Below, in pieces: positions 58,989 through 64,000 of a stretch of 64,000 nucleotides of DNA (position 1 is the stretch's first letter; each line of letters begins with the position of its first letter). Below the pieces are notes generated by a model. That model was given only the letters and a program-made list of their open reading frames with translations. It did not search any database and was not told the origin of the DNA. Position numbers and translations under genes: made by a program. Where the stretch lies: the NCBI GenBank assembly GCA_045605345.1, contig JAZUPT010000013.1, positions 802 through 64,801 of the forward strand, written 5' to 3'. This stretch comes from Candidatus Spyradenecus sp. GTDB lineage: Bacteria > Verrucomicrobiota > Kiritimatiellia > RFP12 > DVOR01.

Positions 58989-59020
58989 TGCTACACTTTT
59001 AGTGTAAGTAGAGAGAAGAG
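58989..59020 (+). promoter_or_regulatory. 32-nt conserved motif TGCTACACT-TTT-AGTGTAAGTAGAGAGAAGAG, copy c
   Basis: See 21258-21289. Lies 75 nt upstream of ATG 59096. Confidence 0.5.
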
Positions 59021-59095
59021 GATTAAAGGATTCTTTTCTTCGTTCAAGGTGTGACTCGTTTTGCTCGGCAGTTAATTTTCTTAGGAGTGCATTTG

Positions 59096-61213
59096 ATGGG
59101 ATGGAAGTGCGTGTTTGGTTTGTTCCTTTGCGTGTGCAGTTTTGTCTGCATAGGGGAAACGCCATCGGTGGGGGTGAAGGATGGTGAGGCAGACTCTGTG
59201 GTGGAAACTGCGGCAGGGGTGCTTTCGCGGTTTTCGCCAGAGGTGATGCAACAGGTGCGACTGGAGCACATTTCGACGATGGCGCCTGGAACGTTTGAGG
59301 CAACGGTTCAGGAGGGGATTTTGTTGATTCGGGGGGCTACGGGTGTAGATTTGTGTCGCGGGTTTTACACTGCGCTGCGTCAGAGCGGGCGTGGAATTAA
59401 TAGTTGGACTGGGAAACGCTTTGAGCGTGGCGCGTGGAAGCCGATGGCTCCGCTACGGGGACGGACACCTTTTCAATGGCGTTATTTCTTTAATGCGGTT
59501 ACCTTTGGTTACACAACGGCTTTTTGGGATTGGTCACGGTGGGAGGCAGAGATTGACCGATTGGCAATGTGGGGGGTGAACTTCCCGCAGGCGCTCACGG
59601 GACAAGAGGCTGTCATGGCGCAGGTTTATCAAGAGATGGGGTTAACAGAGGAGGAGATTGGGGCATCCTTTTGTGGGCCAGCGCATTTGCCGTGGCTGCG
59701 CATGGGGAACATTGAGGGGATTGACGCGCCATTGCCGATGGGATGGCATGCGAGCCAAGTGACGCTTCAACAACAAATTTTGATGCGGATGCGCCAACTC
59801 GGCATGGAGCCTATCGTGCCAGGTTTTTCAGGGGTGGTCTCGGAGGCTTTTGTGCGACATTATCCGCAGGCTCAGGTGATGCGGTTGAATTGGGGTGGTC
59901 AAAAACGCTTTAATACGGTGCTCTTGCATCCTGCCGATCCCTTGTTTAAGGAGTTGACGAAGCGTTACATCCGAGCATGGGAGGCAACGTTTGGCCCGTG
60001 TCAATATTGGTTGATTGATTTGTTTAATGAGATGCCAATCCCGCCTGAATTGGATGTGGCGGCATTGGCTGCGGCGGTTAATGACGCACTGTCGGCGGCA
60101 GATGCTGATGGGGTGTGGGTCATGCAGGGGTGGATGTTTGGCTACCAACGGCACATTTGGGATGCTAATCGCGTTCAGCAGTTGCTCTCTCGTGTGCCCA
60201 ATGAGCGCATGGTGCTATTGGATCTCGCCGCAGATTATACGGCGCTTCTTTGGCGTCAGACGCCGACGCATCAGTATTATGATGGTTTTTATGGTAAACG
60301 CTGGGTGAATAGTTACATTCCCAATATGGGGGGAAAGACGGGTTATACGGGAAACCTCGCATTCTACGCCACGCATGTTGCTCAAATTGCCTCTGTGCCC
60401 GTGGCCCAACGTCCAGTCGGGTTTGGTGTGGCGCCAGAGGGCTTGGAGAACAATGAAGTCATTTATGAATTGTTGGCTGATTGTGCGTGGTCGCCAGAGG
60501 GGATTGACCTCTTATCGTGGTTGCGACAATATACGCAGTGTCGTTATGGATGTTATCCCGAACAAATGGATGCGTATTGGCAGGCATTGTTGGCAGGGCC
60601 TTATGGGAGTTTTACTGATCATCCGCGCTTTGCGTGGCAGGGACGTAGTGGGCGCGTGCTAGAAACGATTGATACACGTCACACCGAAGCGGCTTTGCGG
60701 GCATTGGTTGCGTGTGCGCCAGTATTGAAGGGGAATCCGCTCTATGAAGCAGACCTGCGTGAACTTGGGGCGATTGTCCTGGGTGCAGTGAAGCCTACGC
60801 CTGACTTTGCGTGGATGGATGCGTTATTGGAGGGGCATCCCACCCATCGATTAGCGACTTGGCTCGCTTTTGCTAAGGCTACTCCTGGCACCCCTGCAGA
60901 GCAGGCTTATTACGAACGGAGCGCACGGCGATTGGTAACCACGTGGGGGCCCGGTGTGGAGGATTACTCTGCGCGCCTTTGGAGTGGGCTCATTCGTGAT
61001 TACTATGCGCCGCGTTACCGCTTGGAAAAAGCGGGTGCTTCTCGTGAGGCTTTGGCAACGTTTGAAGCGAATTGGGTTGAGCAAGTGCGTGGATGTTCTC
61101 CTGCGAACGATGCTTCCGAAGCGCTCAATCGACTTATCCGTCACTATACATCGCTTGCAACGACGGGTGCGCCTTTTTCTCTTACTGAGGGAAATCAATC
61201 ACAGAAAGAATGA
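59096..61213 (+). CDS. alpha-N-acetylglucosaminidase (NAGLU, GH89), secreted
   Basis: Signal peptide MGWKCVFGLFLCVCSFVCIG. WRYFFNAVTFGYTTAFWDWSRWEAEIDRLAMWGVNFPQALTGQEAV is the hallmark NAGLU block. The track start is GTG 59051. Confidence 0.85.
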   Translation: MGWKCVFGLFLCVCSFVCIGETPSVGVKDGEADSVVETAAGVLSRFSPEVMQQVRLEHISTMAPGTFEATVQEGILLIRGATGVDLCRGFYTALRQSGRGINSWTGKRFERGAWKPMAPLRGRTPFQWRYFFNAVTFGYTTAFWDWSRWEAEIDRLAMWGVNFPQALTGQEAVMAQVYQEMGLTEEEIGASFCGPAHLPWLRMGNIEGIDAPLPMGWHASQVTLQQQILMRMRQLGMEPIVPGFSGVVSEAFVRHYPQAQVMRLNWGGQKRFNTVLLHPADPLFKELTKRYIRAWEATFGPCQYWLIDLFNEMPIPPELDVAALAAAVNDALSAADADGVWVMQGWMFGYQRHIWDANRVQQLLSRVPNERMVLLDLAADYTALLWRQTPTHQYYDGFYGKRWVNSYIPNMGGKTGYTGNLAFYATHVAQIASVPVAQRPVGFGVAPEGLENNEVIYELLADCAWSPEGIDLLSWLRQYTQCRYGCYPEQMDAYWQALLAGPYGSFTDHPRFAWQGRSGRVLETIDTRHTEAALRALVACAPVLKGNPLYEADLRELGAIVLGAVKPTPDFAWMDALLEGHPTHRLATWLAFAKATPGTPAEQAYYERSARRLVTTWGPGVEDYSARLWSGLIRDYYAPRYRLEKAGASREALATFEANWVEQVRGCSPANDASEALNRLIRHYTSLATTGAPFSLTEGNQSQKE

Positions 61214-61308
61214 TACACACATCAACTTATGTGAATAAAAACGTTGAGTAAAAGGTTGGAAGGGTTGCGACGGAATTGATGGATAAATGCCTTTGGAGCG
61301 AGTTTTAA

Positions 61309-62016
61309 TTGAGGTGTGACGTGGATACTTTCTTTAATCTAATCTGTGCCGTTGTCAAACGAAGTCAAGCGTTTGCCTCCGCTCCATTAGAAAGAATTGT
61401 GGATGAGGAGACTGGGTTGGCTTTTATAACAATTGAAGCAGAGGGGTGTTGCTTTCCTGAAATCGCAGAGGAGGGGGCGTTCGATCAAGCGACAGATGCG
61501 GAGGCGACGCTTCTTTTACGTGGCTTCATCGGCGAAGCGTACCGATGTACGTTTGAGCTCAATCGGCACTTTGCTCGGTTGTTGGCACGAAAAGGTGCAT
61601 TGGTCGCAACGGAACTTGAGGCGCGATTAACTACAATTGACTGGTCTTCCTATGCGTCTCCAAGTGTGTTGCTGGCAGGGTTGGCTGCATTGCCAGAAGG
61701 AACGGCGTGGATTTTACGCTTGCTTGACGAGGTGCCGATAGATCATCGCGACGGGCTGTTCACGGCGTGTTGGTACACTGTAGATGACGAAGTGCGGGAG
61801 AAACTCCTTGCGAAATTTGATGCGTGGCGGCAAGCGCCAGGCTGGGGCGGCGGTGATGGTGAAGATTATTGGTTGGGACAATTCCTTCGTAAATGGCGGA
61901 GCATGGGCGCCTTTCCCGAAGAGAGATTAGCTCCTTTAATTCAATGGTACGAAAAGACGGTCGGTCCACTGTGCAGTCCCAATGATGAACCAATACAAAA
62001 CACTCCCTCGACCTAA
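61309..62016 (+). CDS. hypothetical protein
   Basis: 235-codon ORF with a non-ATG start (TTG 61309, or GTG 61321 preceded by GAGG). No motif recognised. Confidence 0.35.
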   Translation: MRCDVDTFFNLICAVVKRSQAFASAPLERIVDEETGLAFITIEAEGCCFPEIAEEGAFDQATDAEATLLLRGFIGEAYRCTFELNRHFARLLARKGALVATELEARLTTIDWSSYASPSVLLAGLAALPEGTAWILRLLDEVPIDHRDGLFTACWYTVDDEVREKLLAKFDAWRQAPGWGGGDGEDYWLGQFLRKWRSMGAFPEERLAPLIQWYEKTVGPLCSPNDEPIQNTPST

Positions 62017-62126
62017 GGAGAGGTTTTTTGGGTAATGGCGCCATTGAGTCTGCGAGCGTCAAGTTTGGATGTAAAATTTTGCTTGCCGTTGTCGCAGGGA
62101 ATTGGATATGATGAATCTTAGAAAGG

Positions 62127-63296
62127 ATGAAGATGATGCAAATGAAACTGAAGTATTATGTGGTCGCGGGTGTGGTTTTACTAATCGTATTGATTGGTTC
62201 AATGTTGCACTCCAATGATATCCAAGAATTTCAAGTGGTGCAATCACCCACTGGGGCGATTGATATCATCAAGGATGGTGGCATCTACTTTAAGTTTATG
62301 CCTAAAATTTGGACTTACCCAAAGGTCGAGACGGTCTATTTTTCTAATGAAAAGGACGAGTCTAAGGACAATGATGGGGTTAAGGTGCGCTTCTCCAATA
62401 AGGGTGAGGGCGACATCTCCTCGCAGGTCGTTTACCGTCTTTACAACACGAATGAAGAGATCTTAAAGATGCACGAATACGTGGCAGGGTCGCGGGATCG
62501 TGTGGAAGAACTGCTGCTGGCAAAGTTGAAAGATATCATTATGGAGAAGGCAAGTAACATTACCTCCTCGCAGGCAGTGGAAAATCGTGAAGCTTTGGCA
62601 GAACAAATTCGCAAGGATTATGTGAACAATAAAGAGTTGATGAATAACGGTATTAAGGTGGAACAATTCAGCATTACGCAGATTTCGTTCGATAAAACCA
62701 CGACCGCACTCTTTGAGGCCCAACAAAAGGCTGACCTGCAGAAGAAGACCGCAGAGGCTGAAAAGCAAAACCTCATCATGCAGAAGGAACGCACCGAAGC
62801 AGAATATGCCCAAAAGATTGCCGCAAGTAAGGGCGCTGCAGAGGTGGAGATGATGAAGCAGGTGACGGATGCAGAGCGTCAGAAGAAGCTCGCAGAAATT
62901 GAAGCGCAGAAGAAGGTGGCGATTGAACAGCTCGCAAAGGAAGAAGCACTTGTGAAGGCAAGTAAGCTGCTTGAACTGGCTGAGATTGAAAAGAAGACTG
63001 AAGCAGAGAAACTTGAGGTGATTCGCTTACAGGCTAATCAAAAGATTGACCTCGCAAAGGCAAAGCAACAAGAAATTCAGTTGAGTGGTGCGATTACCGA
63101 AACGGAATTGACCAAGCTTGAAATTGATCGCGACACCAAGATTGGCGTGGCGAAGGCAATTGCAGAGGGCCTCTCAAAGATGACCCTGCCGAAGACCTTT
63201 ATCATGGGAGGAGGGAATGTTCCCGCAGGTCAAAACCCGATGGAAACTTTCTTCCAACTGATGAATGTGAAACAGGCTGAGGAATTGGCAAAGTAA
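62127..63296 (+). CDS. SPFH/band-7 domain membrane protein with long coiled-coil
   Basis: N-terminal TM YYVVAGVVLLIVLIGSML, an SPFH-like core, then an EA/KQ-rich coiled-coil. Confidence 0.55.
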   Translation: MKMMQMKLKYYVVAGVVLLIVLIGSMLHSNDIQEFQVVQSPTGAIDIIKDGGIYFKFMPKIWTYPKVETVYFSNEKDESKDNDGVKVRFSNKGEGDISSQVVYRLYNTNEEILKMHEYVAGSRDRVEELLLAKLKDIIMEKASNITSSQAVENREALAEQIRKDYVNNKELMNNGIKVEQFSITQISFDKTTTALFEAQQKADLQKKTAEAEKQNLIMQKERTEAEYAQKIAASKGAAEVEMMKQVTDAERQKKLAEIEAQKKVAIEQLAKEEALVKASKLLELAEIEKKTEAEKLEVIRLQANQKIDLAKAKQQEIQLSGAITETELTKLEIDRDTKIGVAKAIAEGLSKMTLPKTFIMGGGNVPAGQNPMETFFQLMNVKQAEELAK

Positions 63297-63323
63297 TTGC
63301 GCATCGCCTATTTCCTAATTTTA

Positions 63324-63355
63324 GGCCGTTGTCTTACTGACGACGGCTTTTTTTA
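63324..63355 (+). terminator. intrinsic terminator
   Basis: GGCCGTTGTC-ttact-GACGACGGC followed by TTTTTTT. Confidence 0.7.
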
Positions 63356-63450
63356 TTAGGGGTGCTTCGGCGTAATCCATTTTTGAATTTATATGGAAAA
63401 GAAATTAAAAAAATGTTAGTATGAATCTGTAGATGATAACGGAGAATGCT

Positions 63451-64000
63451 ATGGCGAGTTACAACTATTTAGTTCGGCGACGGCTTTGGTCATTGGTTGG
63501 AGCTAAATTTGATATTTTTGATGCACAGGGGCGTCAGATTGGCTTTTCTAAACAGAAGGCATTTAAGTTGAAAGAAGACATTCGTGTGTTTAAAGATGTG
63601 TCTTCAGAAACACCGTTTTTAGAAATCCACGCGAGAAATGTTATTGATTTTAGCGCCGCGTATGACGTCTTTAATGAGGCGGGGGTGTGCATTGGCACGT
63701 GGAAGCGGAAAGGGATGAAATCCTTGCTACGCGACACATGGATTGTGGAAGATAGCGTAGGGAATGAAGTAGGGCTTGTTCAGGAAGATAGTCTCGTCTT
63801 AGCGCTTTTGCGCAGGTCTTTGTGTAGCATAATTCCACAAAAGTACACTTTAAGTACACCAGATGGACGGACGGCTGCACGTTATGAACGTTGCTTTAAC
63901 CCTTTTGTTTTCAAACAACGTACCATTATTTACTCAGAGGTGACGATTCCTGCGATGTTAATCTTAGGCGGCGCGATTTTGCTCACTGCAATTGAAGGTC
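63451..64000 (+). CDS. LURP-one-related/scramblase-like (tubby C-terminal fold) protein, 3' end outside the window
   Basis: Not in the ORF track because it runs off the window. GGAGA SD, ATG 63451, and the frame stays open to nt 64000. The translation MASYNYLVRRRLWSLVGAKFDIFDAQGRQIGFSKQKAFKLKEDIRVFKD... has the repeating x-F-x-I-x-D-x-x-G pattern of LOR/DUF567-type proteins, then a C-terminal TM (IPAMLILGGAILLTAI). Confidence 0.4.
   Translation, partial: MASYNYLVRRRLWSLVGAKFDIFDAQGRQIGFSKQKAFKLKEDIRVFKDVSSETPFLEIHARNVIDFSAAYDVFNEAGVCIGTWKRKGMKSLLRDTWIVEDSVGNEVGLVQEDSLVLALLRRSLCSIIPQKYTLSTPDGRTAARYERCFNPFVFKQRTIIYSEVTIPAMLILGGAILLTAIEG

Overview
This is 64 kb of bacterial chromosome from a diderm-type organism (TonB-ExbB-ExbD, MurG, lipoprotein and signal peptides). 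By eye the G+C is a little above 50%, except for two AT-rich accessory blocks. The taxon cannot be assigned without a database search. A GH89 alpha-N-acetylglucosaminidase and a GH110-like beta-helix glycosidase hint at a host-glycan forager. Backbone genes recognised from the translated ORFs are: transglutaminase-like lipoprotein, MATE-like exporter, U32 peptidase, MtaB-like methylthiotransferase, MurG, DnaQ-like exonuclease, PlsC-like acyltransferase, esterase, membrane metallophosphoesterase, XerC/D recombinase, DsbD-like protein, a fused LeuC/LeuD-type dehydratase, a TPR protein, TyrS, ArfB, an orphan ABC ATPase, TonB-ExbD-ExbB, Mrp/ApbC, an EfpL/YeiP-type EF-P paralog, a ThyX-like protein, RluD-like synthase, an aminotransferase, an Lrp/AsnC regulator, tRNA-Gln(CUG), ArgC, ParB, an M28/glutaminyl-cyclase-like lipoprotein, a PP-loop ATPase, stand-alone CoaB, LeuS, a purine PRTase, RlmN, RecR, YbaB, DnaX, HtpG and an SPFH protein. 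Five things stand out. (1) nt 1-4143 is an AT-rich, translationally coupled cassette (AAA_13-type ATPase, PD-(D/E)xK-like protein, DUF5655-like remnant, membrane protein, T5orf172/GIY-YIG-like protein) that looks like a defence island with an architecture I cannot map to a named system. (2) nt 32817-37148 is a 4.3-kb AT-rich insertion next to tRNA-Gln. It is bounded by perfect 12-bp inverted termini and a 7-bp direct repeat (TATTAAG), is built from MITE-like repeats, and carries a radical SAM/SPASM-like enzyme + SAM methyltransferase operon and an orphan secreted protein. (3) A ~0.55-0.65 kb non-coding repeat occurs twice (20630-21290 and 37219-37792), each copy with three TTATCAACA (DnaA-box-like) 9-mers and 22-bp periodic GGGCGAAATTG iterons. 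(4) A 23-bp periodic TGTGGATTACG array lies in the htpG/GH89 divergent promoter region. (5) Several intergenic motifs recur: a 32-nt TGCTACACT-WWW-AGTGT... motif in three copies, a ~70-nt motif in two copies, and a general extended -10 TGnTAYAMT. I saw no rRNA, CRISPR array, transposase or phage-type integrase. All domain calls come from motif recognition by eye on the supplied translations; no searches or computations were run.
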